Assembly: GCA_964016885.1 (NCBI GenBank)
Contig: OZ024742.1
Location: 48,298,001 to 48,362,000, forward strand
DNA length: 64,000 nt
DNA from: Eledone cirrhosa
Taxonomy: Eukaryota
Direction: 5' to 3'
Made by a program: the position numbers and the translations under genes. The notes beneath the pieces are model-generated. The model saw only the letters and a program-made list of their open reading frames with translations. It was not told the origin of the DNA and did no database searches. Positions 15,731-29,666 of this stretch are shown piece after piece; within the stretch, counting starts at the first letter, position 1, and each line of letters starts with the position of its first letter.

Positions 15731-15881
15731 TATATACATATATATACTTAGGTTAGTAGGAGTTAGGTATTATATACCCATGTCCCGTTAAGGTATTGGC
15801 AGCATAATAATTAGCTCTATGCTTTGGAGCAGAGCCGTATATATGAAAAAGAACACAAGAGCGTCTACAACATCAAAAGAG

Positions 15882-15943
15882 TTTTATTGGCTAACAATGT
15901 TTCTTCCTTACGTGTAACCGTAGGATTCATCAGAGCTATAAAA
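15882..15943 (-). ncRNA. Hammerhead ribozyme (inverted copy of 17673-17734)
   Basis: Reverse complement of the + strand motif. Confidence 0.75.
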
Positions 15944-17672
15944 GGGGTTTGATTGGTGTTCTGGACTCTACCAACCAAACACCCAAGAACAAAGGGTAGA
16001 GAGAGTAAAGAGCAAAAGTAGGGGACGATAAGTCTAATTTTGGTGCGGGAGGGTGAGGTGTTGGTCCTTGTTTACTAGCCGCGGTCATATTTATTTCCGG
16101 GGGTCGGGTGGTTAGCTGAACCATAGATGGGGTGGCGTGGGTAGTATGGTGCCAGAGGGTGCGCAGAGGCTACGCAAATACGAAGGGCGTTGAATACATA
16201 TATACATATAGCGGAGGAGAAGGTACATGAGGTAATTAGAAATGGAAGAAGAGTAATAATAATAATCTATAATTAATAGTGTATAATAAGGCATGGGGAA
16301 GATTACACTATAATAAGGTGTAAAGGTAAGAATAAGGTAAAATATAAAGGAGGATAAAAGTGGAAATAATACTAAAGATAAAAAATATATAGAGAATATA
16401 TAAGGAAATATAAGCGAATATTTGGAGGGGAAAACACAATGTAAAAAAACTGATTTTTTTCAAACAATAATAAAAAATAATAAAAGTAATAAAAATATAA
16501 TAATTATGTGGGGAGAAAACAGGATAGAGAAATATGATCAAGATGCGATATCACCCTGCGATATCACCCTGCTTCGTTGATGTCCTATCGACACCAAAGT
16601 TCAACGTTTGGGCGAATAGATTTGAATCCTACCACCAACTACATAGCTGGATGACCGATAATCACACCAAACCGGAGTACTGTGATCCTTGTGACTTCTA
16701 AATATACAACCAATGACACTGTCACGAAGACCAGGAAACCATACTCCATATATTGAACCAATTGATTGATTTGTGCGAACAAAATAACACCAAACACATA
16801 TTGAACTAGGAATATTGGATCCTCGGTCGATGTCCGGGTGAGCAAAAATTGACTTATATCTGCATTGGAATTTACAAACTTGTGCATCTGCTGTGGTGTC
16901 AAAAACAAACGCACATGACCGCACAGATAAACAATGAACCAAGCCACGTGGCTTGAACCCGTAAGTGAATTGAAGGTTCTTCAACTCTGATACACATATT
17001 GTTTATTATTTATTATTAAGATGTATAAACTGGACACAACTGTTATCATCCTATATTCTCTCAACGAATCACACTTGATCATATTTCTCTATCCTGTTTT
17101 CTCCCCCCATAATTATTATATTTTTATTACTTTTATTAATTTTTATTATTGTTTGAAAAAAAATCGGTTTTTTTACATTGTGTTTTCCCCTCCAAATATT
17201 CGCTTATATTTCCTTATATATTCTCTATATATTTTTTATCTTTAGTATTATTTCCACTTTTATCCTCCTTTATATTTTACCTTATTCTTACCTTTACACC
17301 TTATTATAGTGTAATCTTCCCCATGCCTTATTATACACTATTAATTATAGATTATTATTATTACTCTTCTTCCATTTCTAATTACCTCATCTACCTTCTC
17401 CTCCGCTATATGTATATATGTATTCTACGCCCTTCGTGTTTGCGTAGACTCTGCGCACCCTCTGCACCATACTACCCACGCCACCCCATCTATGGTTCAG
17501 CTAACCACCCGACCCCCGGGAATGAATATGACCGCAGCTAGTAAACAAGGACCAACACCCCACCCTCCCGCACCAAAATTAGACTTATCGTCCCCTACTT
17601 TTGCTCTTTACTCTCTCTACCCTTTGTTCTTGGGTGTTTGGTTGGTAGAGTCCATAACACCAATCAAACCCC

Positions 17673-17734
17673 TTTTATAGCTCTGATGAATCCTACGGTT
17701 ACACGTAAGGAAGAAACATTGTTAGCCAATAAAA
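17673..17734 (+). ncRNA. Minimal type I hammerhead ribozyme
   Basis: TTTTATAGCT-CTGATGA-ATCCTACGGTTACACGTAAGGAA-GAAA-CATTG-TT-AGCCAATAAAA. Stem I GCT/AGC plus TTTTAT/ATAAAA, stem II TCCTACG/CGTA-GGA, quasi-palindromic stem III, GUU triplet. Confidence 0.75.
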
Positions 17735-17770
17735 CTCTTTTGATGTTGTAGACGCTCTTGTGTTCTTTTT

Positions 17771-17813
<43 letters not shown>

Positions 17814-17882
17814 TATGAAGAGAGAAGAAACATTTAGATATAATTAGTAATAAAATGTATCATACCTAAACTGTTCCTAAAT

Positions 17883-17970
17883 TCCTCGACTACGTAGTTT
17901 CGTGGCATAAACAAAAACAATATATCAAAGATATAGAGTCCTTGCGAGGTCTGCCGACTTATCAAGAGGA
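17883..17970 (-). ncRNA. Hammerhead ribozyme, U3-A8 variant (inverted copy)
   Basis: Reverse complement of 18485-18572. Confidence 0.75.
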
Positions 17971-18484
17971 TACCTCATTTTACTAGTCCCAAGAACGCGT
18001 CTACACGACGTGAGAAAGAATCCCAAAAGGCGGAGGGGGAGATAGTCACGCGATATAACGGTCGAGAAACAGAGCTAAGCCTCTTATAACCACGAAGAAA
18101 ATACCACGGAGGCGGAGGGGGTATTCATATCGAGGCCGCAGAAGAGGTAGTGAAGAAGGCGAGAAGTATGAGTAATGGAAGCTTTCCAAACTCCCTCTGT
18201 ATATATGTGTGTGTCCGCATGTATCTGTGTGTTTCTAAATATATTAATAACTCCCTCTGGTCGAGCAATCTTTGAGGTGTGGGGACAACTGGAAAGCTTC
18301 TTCACTACCTCTTCTGCGGCCTCGATATGAATACCCCCTCCGCCTCCGTGGTATTTTCTTCGTGGTTATAAGAGGCTTAGCTCTGTTTCTCGACCGTTAT
18401 ATCGCGTGACTATCTCCCCCTCCGCCTTTTGGGATTCTTTCTCACGTCGTGTAGACGCGTTCTTGGGACTAGTAAAATGAGGTA

Positions 18485-18572
18485 TCCTCTTGATAAGTCG
18501 GCAGACCTCGCAAGGACTCTATATCTTTGATATATTGTTTTTGTTTATGCCACGAAACTACGTAGTCGAGGA
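18485..18572 (+). ncRNA. Type I hammerhead ribozyme, U3-A8 core variant
   Basis: TCCTC-TTGATAA-GTCGGCA...TGCCAC-GAAA-CTACGTAG-TC-GAGGA. Stem I TCCTC/GAGGA, 10-nt palindrome ACTACGTAGT, GUC triplet. Confidence 0.8.
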
Positions 18573-19075
18573 ATTTAGGAACAGTTTAGGTATGATACAT
18601 TTTATTACTAATTATATCTAAATGTTTCTTCTCTCTTCATAATGTATTTTTAACTCTGATACTGGTTTAGTCTGGTTCAAACTGAATTGGTCTGTCCCAG
18701 TCATTCATTGAGCAACATCGGTGAAGTTGGCACCCTTAACTCACAGTTGGGTGTGGATGCATTCATGTATATATGTGTGTGTCCGCATGTATCTGTGTGT
18801 TTCTAAATATATTAATAACTCCCTCTGGTCGAGCAATCTTTGAGGTGTGGGGACAACTGGAAAGCTTCCATTACTCATACTTCTCGCCTTCTTCACTACC
18901 TCTTCTGCGGCCTCGATATGAATACCCCCTCCGCCTCCGTGGTATTTTCTTCGTGGTTATAAGAGGCTTAGCTCTGTTTCTCGACCGTTATATCGCGTGA
19001 CTATCTCCCCCTCCGCCTTTTGGGATTCTTTCTCACGTCGTGTAGACGCGTTCTTGGGACTAGTAAAATGAGGTA

Positions 19076-19163
19076 TCCTCTTGATAAGTCGGCAGACCTC
19101 GCAAGGACTCTATATCTTTGATATATTGTTTTTGTTTATGCCACGAAACTACGTAGTCGAGGA
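19076..19163 (+). ncRNA. Type I hammerhead ribozyme, U3-A8 core variant (second tandem copy)
   Basis: Identical motif 591 nt downstream of the first. Confidence 0.8.
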
Positions 19164-19397
19164 ATTTAGGAACAGTTTAGGTATGATACATTTTATTACT
19201 AATTATATCTAAATGTTTCTTCTCTCTTCATAATGTATTTTTAACTCTGATACTGGTTCAGTCTGGTTCAAACTGAATTGGTCTGTCCCAGTCATTCATT
19301 GAGCAACATCGGTGAAGTTGGCACCCTTAACTCACAGTTGGGTGCGGATGCATTCATGTATATATGTGTGTGTCCGCATGTATCTGTGTGTTTCTAA

Positions 19398-19498
<101 letters not shown>

Positions 19499-19506
19499 AT
19501 ACACAC

Positions 19507-19541
<35 letters not shown>

Positions 19542-19630
19542 TATACATACACATATACACACACACATACACATACATACATATATACAGAAATACATAC
19601 ACACATATACACACACACATACATACATAT

Positions 19631-19675
<45 letters not shown>

Positions 19676-19700
19676 CAAACATACATACAAACATACATAT

Positions 19701-19853
<153 letters not shown>

Positions 19854-20037
19854 TACACACACACACATATACACATATATATACACACACACACACACAC
19901 ACATACAGATGCATATGTATAAATATATATATATATATACATATATATATCCATACATATACAAATATACACATACATACACAGACCTATACATAAATAT
20001 ACACATATATAAAGACATATAACGCATATATACACAC

Positions 20038-20068
<31 letters not shown>

Positions 20069-20173
20069 CACGCATACACACATACACACACACACATACA
20101 AATATATATACACACTCTCTCTCACGCACATATATATATATATACACATATATACATACACATACACATATAC

Positions 20174-20258
<85 letters not shown>

Positions 20259-20317
20259 CACACATATATATACACACCTGCCCACACACATATATATATA
20301 TATACAAACACACACGC

Positions 20318-20386
<69 letters not shown>

Positions 20387-20645
20387 CACACATACATACA
20401 TATATATACATACATATACACATACATACACATATATACACACATATATATATACATATATATATACACATATATATACATATATACATATATATACATA
20501 CATAAATATACACGCATAAAACACATATACACACAAACAAACATATATATATATATATATACATACACATACATATACACACATACAAACAAATATATAC
20601 ACATACAAATAAATAGGTACTCAATAAATATACGCATATACGCAT

Positions 20646-21755
20646 TTATACCGAGACGACGGCCTCTTTGCCCTGCATAAGGTTAACCCCAGAACCACCG
20701 ATGGGTTTCGGAAAAACTTAAGCTCTTTCTTCTCTAACCTAGGATTTAGTATAACTATAGATTCTAATTTGACTAGGGCCAACTTCTTAGATGTCACTCT
20801 CGACCTAGATACTTCCCTCTATTACCCGTACCACAAACCTAACGAGTCCCTTAAATATATTAATGTTAATTCAAACCACCCCCAAAACATCACTGATAAC
20901 CTAGTAAAAAGCGTCTCTATTAGAATATCTGGCCTCTCCGCCAACAAAGATATTTTTAATGCATCTGCCTCCTACTACAATGACGCCCTCGCCCGTAGCG
21001 GATTTAAAGATAAGATAACTTACCTAGAAACCACCGCAAGATTGCAGAGGAGGAATAGACATAGGCAGATTAGCTGGTACAACCCTCCCTTCAATAGAGA
21101 GGTATCTACTCCGATAGCTAGGATTTTCTTCACTTTACTGAAATTACACTTCCCCATACAACATAGCTACCACACCATCTTTAATAAGAACACAATAAGA
21201 CTGTCTTACACCACCACACCTAACCTAGCTAGGAATATAGCCAACCACAATTCTAATAAATTAAATAAGCCAACCACCTCCGAAACCAATCCCCGGACTG
21301 GGGCTCTATGTAATTGCCTAAATAAGGAAGCATGCCCACTTGAAAACAAATGCCTCACAAATGACATCGTATACAAATGCGATGTCATCTCAGGCACCGA
21401 GGATTGCAAAAAAACTTACATCGGCATGACCTCCAACAACTTTAAGACCCGTTGGTATGCCCATACCCACTCCTTCAGATGACCGGATAAATCAAATCAG
21501 ACAACACTCGCCTCCTACGTTTGGGACCTCAAAAGGAACTCCACCCCCTTCATGCTTAAATGGAAAATACTCCAGAAAGCGCGCTCTTACAACGGAGGAC
21601 ACAAGGGCTGCGACATTTGTATTTCAGAGAGCTACGAAATTTTATTCGCCAAGGGCCCGCTACTGAACAAACTCTCTGAACACTGCCTGAACTGCATGCA
21701 CAAGAACTTTGCAACTTTCAAACACTTTAAGCCAGTGTTAAAGCCCGATGGCTAA
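20646..21755 (+). pseudogene. 5'-truncated Penelope-like RT/GIY-YIG ORF with one in-frame TGA (21480-21482)
   Basis: Starts at LYRDDGL. Contains NFLDVTLDL, YINVNSNHP, WYNPPF, CNC..CPL..CL, IVYKC...YIGMT...FKTRW and C-terminal CDIC. The frame continues after the TGA into the 21552-21755 ORF. Confidence 0.92.
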
Positions 21756-22150
21756 AAACGACCTCCCCTATTGGCCCTATACCTCCTCCCCACCCTACCC
21801 CACCCCTCCTCAACCTGAAATATTGCCACTATGGTTATGTGAGTACCTCTTTCGTATCTACATTTTCTGCCTGTAGAGGTGTTTTTATGTGCCTGCGTAT
21901 ATGCGTATATTTATTGAGTACCTATTTATTTGTATGTGTATATATTTGTTTGTATGTGTGTATATGTATGTGTATGTGTATATATATATATGTTTGTTTG
22001 TGTGTATATGTGTTTTATGTGTGTATATTTATGTATCTATATATATGTATATATGTATATATATGTGTATATATATATGTATATATATATATGTGTGTAT
22101 ATATGTGTATGTATGTGTATATTATGTATATATATGTATGTATGTGTGTG

Positions 22151-22212
<62 letters not shown>

Positions 22213-22280
22213 TATGTGTGCGTGTGTGTTTGTATATATATATATATATGTGTGTGGGCAGGTGTGTATATATATGTGTG

Positions 22281-22320
<40 letters not shown>

Positions 22321-22483
22321 TACTCCAGTCCTACAAACTGTAGAGTGCTTCTTATCCGATATCTGCATTGCTTTATTGTACTACAATAAAACTCACCTCC
22401 TACATTAACTTGCTCCTTAACGGTTGAGCGCTTACTCTCATATTGGATACCTTTTGATGGTCCTTCACCTCTTCTTCTACAAC

Positions 22484-24885
22484 ATGGATTATTACAACAT
22501 AACCAATTCAACTAAAGACATTCCTATACCTGGTAAATCTAAATTCACCAAACTTCTTATTGAAAAAACTGACTTCTTCGTAAAAAGACTTAGATGGACA
22601 GCCTATTTCTATGACCAGCGCCTAAAAGGGAACTTTCATACCAAAGAACACAACTTCCTCGATCATCTTTTTAATTCTAGACGAAATCCTCCTTCCAACA
22701 AAAATCTAGTACAATTCGAGGAAGAATTAACTAAAATAATAAAAAATCTTAAATTCAAGAGATACCCTTACAAAGGACAAGAGCACCTTGTAAATCTCAA
22801 GAACACAATCTCTAACCTAAATTCCTCAAAAAATGTTTTAGTCCACTCTGACAAAACCAATAACCTATATGGTATTTCCAAGGATAATTATAACAACCTT
22901 ATCCTAAAGGAACTTAGGAAAAAGTATCGTAAAACCAACCATGAAAATTTAGAATGCATAAACCTTGAAGCCTACGAGATTATGTCAAAACTTGGCATTG
23001 AAAAAAAGACCGAACCATTCCTCCCAAGAACTCCGAGGATAAATCTCAAGGATCACAAAAACAATTTTCGCACTGAACTACCTGTTAGATTAATCGCCCC
23101 CTCTAAATCTGATCTGGGGGTTGTTAGTAAAGCCATCTTGGATAGAATTATCCCACAGGTTAGTTCTAATTGCTCTTCTTTGAACCTAAATTTATGGTTT
23201 GGTACTTCTGAAGTGATTGGCTGGTTCAACAAATTGGATAATAAAAACAAACTAAAATTTATTCAATTTGATATTGCCAGCTACTATTCCTCCATTTCGC
23301 CTTCACTTCTCAATAATGCTCTATCTTTCGCACTTAAATATTCTGACATCACCACAGATGAATTTCACATCATCCTCACCGCACGTAAAACCATCCTAGA
23401 GTTCAACAATGAATATTGGACCAGAGCCGATACCTCTAACAACTTCGACATCACAATGGGAGCATCTGATTCATCCCAATTGACTGATTTAATTGGTATC
23501 TTCATTTTGAACACTTTGAGTCGGAAAATTCCTCAACTTCGCGGTGGAATTTATCGTGACGATGGACTCTTTACTATCCTAAATTGCAATATAGTCAACC
23601 TTAATATTATTAAGAACAATATACGTAATCTCTTTAACCAACATAACCTAAAAATTGAATTTGATAATAGTATCAAACTAGCTAATTTCTTGGATGTATC
23701 TCTTAATCTTGACACTGGCCTATATTACCCTTACCATAAAAACAATGAGAACCTTAATTATGTTAACTTTAAATCTAACCATCCTACCAATATCAAGAAT
23801 GCTATAGTTAATAATATTGGAAATAGAATATCTAACATATCTTCTAATAAAAACATCTTTGATGCTAACGCCAATTACTATAATAACCAACTTTCTAAAG
23901 CCGGCTATCCAGATAAAATCAAATATAGTAAAGAAAAAAATTCTAGAAAAACTTACAGTAGAATAATTAATCATGACCATTCCAATAATTTTAATAAAAG
24001 ACCTAGATACAAAAACATAATCTGGTATAATGCTCCTTTCTCCATCTCTATTAATAACAATATTCCTAAATTATTCTTTAGTGCCTTAAATAAATGCTTC
24101 CCTCCCTCACATATCTATAGTAAAATATTTAACAAACACACCATCAAATTTTCGTATTCTACATCCTCCAATATTTCCAACATCATCTCTAAACACAACA
24201 ATAAAATACTAAATACTAAATCTCTTCTTTCCAATATTGAATTTCATAATAACAGTAATAGTACTCCCGACGTCATTGTAAACCCTAGGCTAACTTCTGT
24301 AAACCCAAATACAACGTCAAACACAACTTCGCTAAATGTTCATAATCCAACTCTAAATCAAGAAACTATTATTCCAATTATTCCTATCGCAAACAACTTC
24401 TCCAATCCAATTCCTTCTATAGATAACACTAGATCACTCATTAATAATCTCTCTAATTGCAACTGCCGCATTAAAAATAAATGTCCTCTCAACAACCATT
24501 GTCTCGATAAAAACTTAATTTATGAATGTAAAATTATAACTAGCACCAATTCCTTCACCTATTTTGGCTCCACTTCCACCTCTTTTAAAGCTCGTCTCTA
24601 TAATCATCATTCATCTTTCAAATACAACTTAAAAGAACTAACACTGCTCTCTCAGAACTCATATGGTCCTTAAAAGACAAAAACATTAAATATACCATCT
24701 TTTGGAAGAAGATTTCTTCTGCATCCTCATACTTGAACAGCTCTCTATCTAAAATCTGTAATCTCTGCCTAAATGAAAAATTTACCATTATCTCTAACCT
24801 AGATTCTATAATAAATAGACGCACAGATTTGTTTTCTATCTGCCTGCATAAATTCCATAGAACTTTTCACAAAGTATACAGTTAA
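22484..24885 (+). mobile_element. Near full-length Penelope-like element ORF (RT + C-terminal GIY-YIG endonuclease), with a single -1 frameshift near 24632; motif style resembles Nematis-type PLEs
   Basis: KRLRWTAYF, SDKTNNLY, LKDHKNNF, VRLIAP, QFDIASYYSSI, FDITMGAS, GIYRDDGL, NFLDVSL, SNHP, IIWYNAPFS, CNCR..CPL..CL and LIYEC..YFGST..FKARLYNH. The shifted frame gives TALSELIWSLK...CNLCLNEK...CLHK to a TAA ending at 24885. Probable ATG at 22484. Confidence 0.93.
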
Positions 24886-25378
24886 TATTCAATTCTTTAT
24901 CAATTTAGAATCTTTTCTTAAAGGCACATATACATACACCTCTTTAAAATATACCCATCTACCTTACTTTAAAGGGCATTATACACTCTATAATACTTGT
25001 TTACTCATTACCCTCATTCTATCTTCACCTTGTAAAATCATAACATATACAATATTCATCCGCAATCATTATTATTTTTTCTCTCTATCATAAATCTTTT
25101 TAATCTCAATTTCATCCTTAATTTATTATTATTTTTTACTCCCCATCAACGAACTCATTATTAATACATATTAACTCTTTATTCGCATATATTATCAATT
25201 CAACCAATATACAAACTTTAACTTCACATTATTTTTCTCAAATCCTTCTACACACAAACCTTAATAATTTTTCTCTTCGTTAATTTTGAAATTGCCACAA
25301 TATATACATTTCTTTTTTTGACGTTAGAATATTCATCCACAATTATTATTTTTTTCTCTCTATCTTCATACATAATTT

Positions 25379-25782
25379 CCCTTCGTTAATTTTCAAATTC
25401 CTTTAATTTATACATTATCTTCCAACGGTTCCCAACCTCTCTATGTTAAAACAATATATCTTTTTCTCAGTTATAAAAACTATCTCTTTCTCTCTATCAC
25501 CCATCTCTCCCTCTCCACCTTCACTCTCATCTCCTCCCCCTTTTTGTCATCCCCCCTCCCTAAATAAAATATTTTTTCCTCGCACATATCCTCCCTTCGT
25601 TAATTTTCAAAATTTTTAATTTATACAGTATCTTCCAACGGTTTTCAACCTCTCTATGTAAAAAATATATCTCCTCTCAGTTATAAAAACTATCTCTTTC
25701 TCTCTATCACCCATCTCTCCCTCTCATCTCCTTCCCTTTTCTTCCTTTCCACCCCCCCTCTCTAAATAAAATATTTTTTCCC
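25379..25782 (+). repeat. Two ~200-bp direct repeats in the PLE 3' region
   Basis: CCTTCGTTAATTTTCAAA...TCTCAGTTATAAAAACTATCTCTTTCTCTCTATCACCCATC...TAAATAAAATATTTTT occurs twice. Confidence 0.8.
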
Positions 25783-25876
25783 CATATCACACTTCAATCT
25801 AAAACCACTTTTCATATGTTGATTTACTCCTGCACTATCCACAAGTGTTTTTTAGCCTTCATATCATGTTCTCCTG

Positions 25877-25943
25877 TTTTATCTGATGAAAACACAAATA
25901 TTATTGCATGATGATGTTTGTTTTTGAAATGCGCATAATAAAA
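25877..25943 (+). ncRNA. Minimal type I hammerhead at the 3' end of the near-intact PLE
   Basis: TTTTAT-CTGATGA-AAACACAAATATTAT...ATGATGTTTGTTTTT-GAAA-TGCGCA-TA-ATAAAA; palindrome ATGCGCAT. Confidence 0.9.
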
Positions 25944-25975
25944 TACATGGAACTCCTTTAACCATCTTTTGATCT

Positions 25976-26043
<68 letters not shown>

Positions 26044-26145
26044 GTATATGTGTATGTGTATGTATATATGTGTATATATATATATATATGTATGTGCGTG
26101 AGAGAGAGTGTGTATATATATTTGTGTGTGTGTATGTGTGTATGC

Positions 26146-26187
<42 letters not shown>

Positions 26188-26274
26188 GTGTGTATATATG
26201 CGTTATATGTCTGTATATATGTGTATATTTATGTATAGGTCTGTGTATGTATGTGTATATTTGTATATGTATGG

Positions 26275-26327
<53 letters not shown>

Positions 26328-26387
26328 CATATGCATGTGTATGTGTGTGTGTGTGTATATATATATGTGTATATGTGTGTGTGTGTA

Positions 26388-26504
<117 letters not shown>

Positions 26505-26549
26505 ATATATATATATATATGTGTATATGTATGTTTGTATGTATGTTTG

Positions 26550-26597
<48 letters not shown>

Positions 26598-26687
26598 TAT
26601 ATGTATGTATGTGTGTATGTATATGTGTGTATGTATTTCTGTATATATGTATGTATGTGTATGTGTGTGTGTATATGTGTATGTATA

Positions 26688-26742
<55 letters not shown>

Positions 26743-26747
26743 ATGTA

Positions 26748-26834
<87 letters not shown>

Positions 26835-26894
26835 GAGTATATATGTATATGTGTGTATGTGTATATATATATGAATATATGTATGAATGGTGTA

Positions 26895-26958
<64 letters not shown>

Positions 26959-26982
26959 GTGCTTTTTCCTTATATATGTGTA

Positions 26983-27013
<31 letters not shown>

Positions 27014-27072
27014 TTATATATATGTGTGTATGTATGTGTGTGTGTGTGTGTATGTATATGTATATATTTGTT

Positions 27073-27189
<117 letters not shown>

Positions 27190-27200
27190 ATGTATATGTA

Positions 27201-27245
<45 letters not shown>

Positions 27246-27254
27246 ATATATATA

Positions 27255-27345
<91 letters not shown>

Positions 27346-28112
27346 ATGTATGTATCTGTATATATATGTATATGTATCTATGTGTATTTGTGTGTATATG
27401 TATACACATGTATATTTGTGTTTGTATGTATGTGCGTGAGTGTACTTACATGTGTATATATGTGTGTGTGTGTGTGTGTGTATATATATGTATGTGTGTG
27501 TGTATGTATATATATGCGTGTGTATATATATATATGTATGTGTGTATGTATATGTATGTATATAAATATATTTATATATATGTGTGTGTGTTTTTATGTG
27601 TGTATATGTGTATGTGTATGTGTGTTTATGTTTGTGTGTGAGTGAGTATGTTTTTTTGTGAATGTGTCTGTTGATTTTTGGCATATAGTTGATTAGTTTA
27701 AGAGAAGTTCGAAGATAATTGTAAGATATGCACTCAGTATTTTGAATCTGTCTACAGAATTCTCTAAACCTTTGTCACTTAGTAGAACCTTAATGATTTT
27801 AGCTTTTAGAGAATCTCCCTTTTCTTTAATCCTATCGACCATGACTGACCCCCCACTGATCTTATAGACATCTGTTAGCTTAAGAGAAACTTAATGACAA
27901 GGAATGGTATGCCATCCAGAACCTGTTTATAGAATTCTGTCTGCCTTTGTTACTCTAAAAACTTAAATAAATAAAAATAATCTATAGCTTTGTAGAATTA
28001 GCTTTTAATGAATTCCCTTTTCTATCAACCAATGACCTACACCCATCCCACTCCCCACCCTCTCCTACCACTTGTAGAGACCTATAAATACCATTTTTAT
28101 TTATTGATACCC

Positions 28113-28163
28113 AGATTCCTGATGATTTCTAATGAATGAAACAGTTCTAGTCCTGTAGAATCT
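28113..28163 (+). ncRNA. Type I hammerhead ribozyme with a true hairpin stem III
   Basis: AGATTC-CTGATGA-TTTCTAATGAAT-GAAA-CAGTTCTAGTCCTG-TA-GAATCT; ACAG/CTGT stem III, 6-bp stem I. Confidence 0.9.
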
Positions 28164-28242
28164 CATCTATATTAAAACTTTTATACTCTGCTATGTATTG
28201 AGTACCTTACTTACTGTGGTTACCTCCGATTCAACCCGGAAT

Positions 28243-28278
<36 letters not shown>

Positions 28279-29496
28279 AAGGTTTTATTTAAAATTGTTG
28301 GGTTACAACGAGTAAATATTTTATAACTGATATAAAGCACTCAACAAGTTTTGGAGTAGATATACGATATTAAACAAATGGAAACTATATTTATAAAACC
28401 ATATTTATTTCATTATACATATTTCAGGGATACCATATTAAAAATATGGCATGCCTTCTTCAGATAAAATACAATATATAAGCAGTTTTATAAATACATT
28501 TGTTTAATATCGTATATATATATATATATATATATATGCTTGTGTGCATACATGAATGTATTTACAACTCATTCTAAAGAGTCTCTCTACGCATGATCTC
28601 TGGAACAGTAAACGATTTCTTTTCATTTCTGCTTCTTCCTACAATATGTTTTAAATATACATTCACTAAGATATTTCACTGCCAAAATAATGGGTGGATT
28701 TACACAGAAACGCATAAAGACCGACGATATTTGAAAATCCATTTTCAAATACAAAACTACACAGACATAATATCCGTAACTGTGTTGGCTTACGTGATAC
28801 AAATGGTTCACCACGCCCAATTTATTGAGTTAAGTTTAACAGCCAATTTTATTTCAACGAAAATGTCAGCTCATGTTGATGATCTCTAGATTCTAATTTT
28901 TCAGGTATGCTATTTTTTTCTCTGATTAAATATTTTAAGTGTAGTATGTCTTAGAATTTATTACAAACATATGTTACCAAGCTCACCCTTTGAATTATAT
29001 ATACAGAACATGTGATGTGGTTCCAAATATTTCCGTCTACCTAATCTCTGACAGATTGTAACACGAGCTGACGCTGCTGCACTTGTTCAATATGTTACGA
29101 CCAGTTTTCTTGAAGAGAAAATAATGTCAGTTCTTTTCCTAGTTATAGAATATCGATATAAAATATTTTATATTTCTTTTTTTTTCTTCTAAATCTTTTG
29201 TTTCAGTATTTCTACATTAAGTTTAGTACTCCTTACTTATTTAAATGTTTGTAAATCATTATATTTCTCTTATTTTAAAATTTATATTTTACATATTTCA
29301 CATAAATTGTATATATTGGAATCTCTTCTCATAAACGTTGCTTTAACGAAATATATAACAGTTTTATATGCCTATATACAGCAATGAACACTTAGTTAGA
29401 TCAAATAGTGATAGACTCGCTCTTATATGTAAGATATATGACTTAGTTGCAGCTTCTATTTTAATAATGGATTTTGCAGGTGTTATTAGGATAATA

Positions 29497-29666
29497 ATTG
29501 TTTCTACTGTTGGCACAAGGCCATTACTGGTACTTTATTTTATCGACCCCGAAAGGATGCAAGGCAAAGTTAACCTCGGCGGGATTTGAACTCAGTCCGT
29601 AAAGGGACGTAACTATGCTGGAAAGCATGGCATCCGACTCTCTACCGATACTGCCAATCAACCGCC
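29497..29666 (-). mobile_element. tRNA-derived SINE, family A
   Basis: Near-identical to 703-872. Confidence 0.85.

Larger units (their letters stand above)
15839..17775 (+). mobile_element. Nested fold-back element with ~700-bp inverted arms (15839-16543 / 17073-17775), each with an HHR; PLE pLTR-type architecture
   Basis: Arms are near-identical reverse complements. A tandem duplication TGCGATATCACCC (x2) sits at the inversion junction near 16544. (TA)n on the right. Confidence 0.85.

Noticed and set aside
24620-24645. Programmed -1 frameshift in the PLE ORF
   Set aside because: C TTA AAA is not a canonical X XXY YYZ slippery site, and paralogous PLEs here are in frame at this point; more likely an indel or sequencing error.
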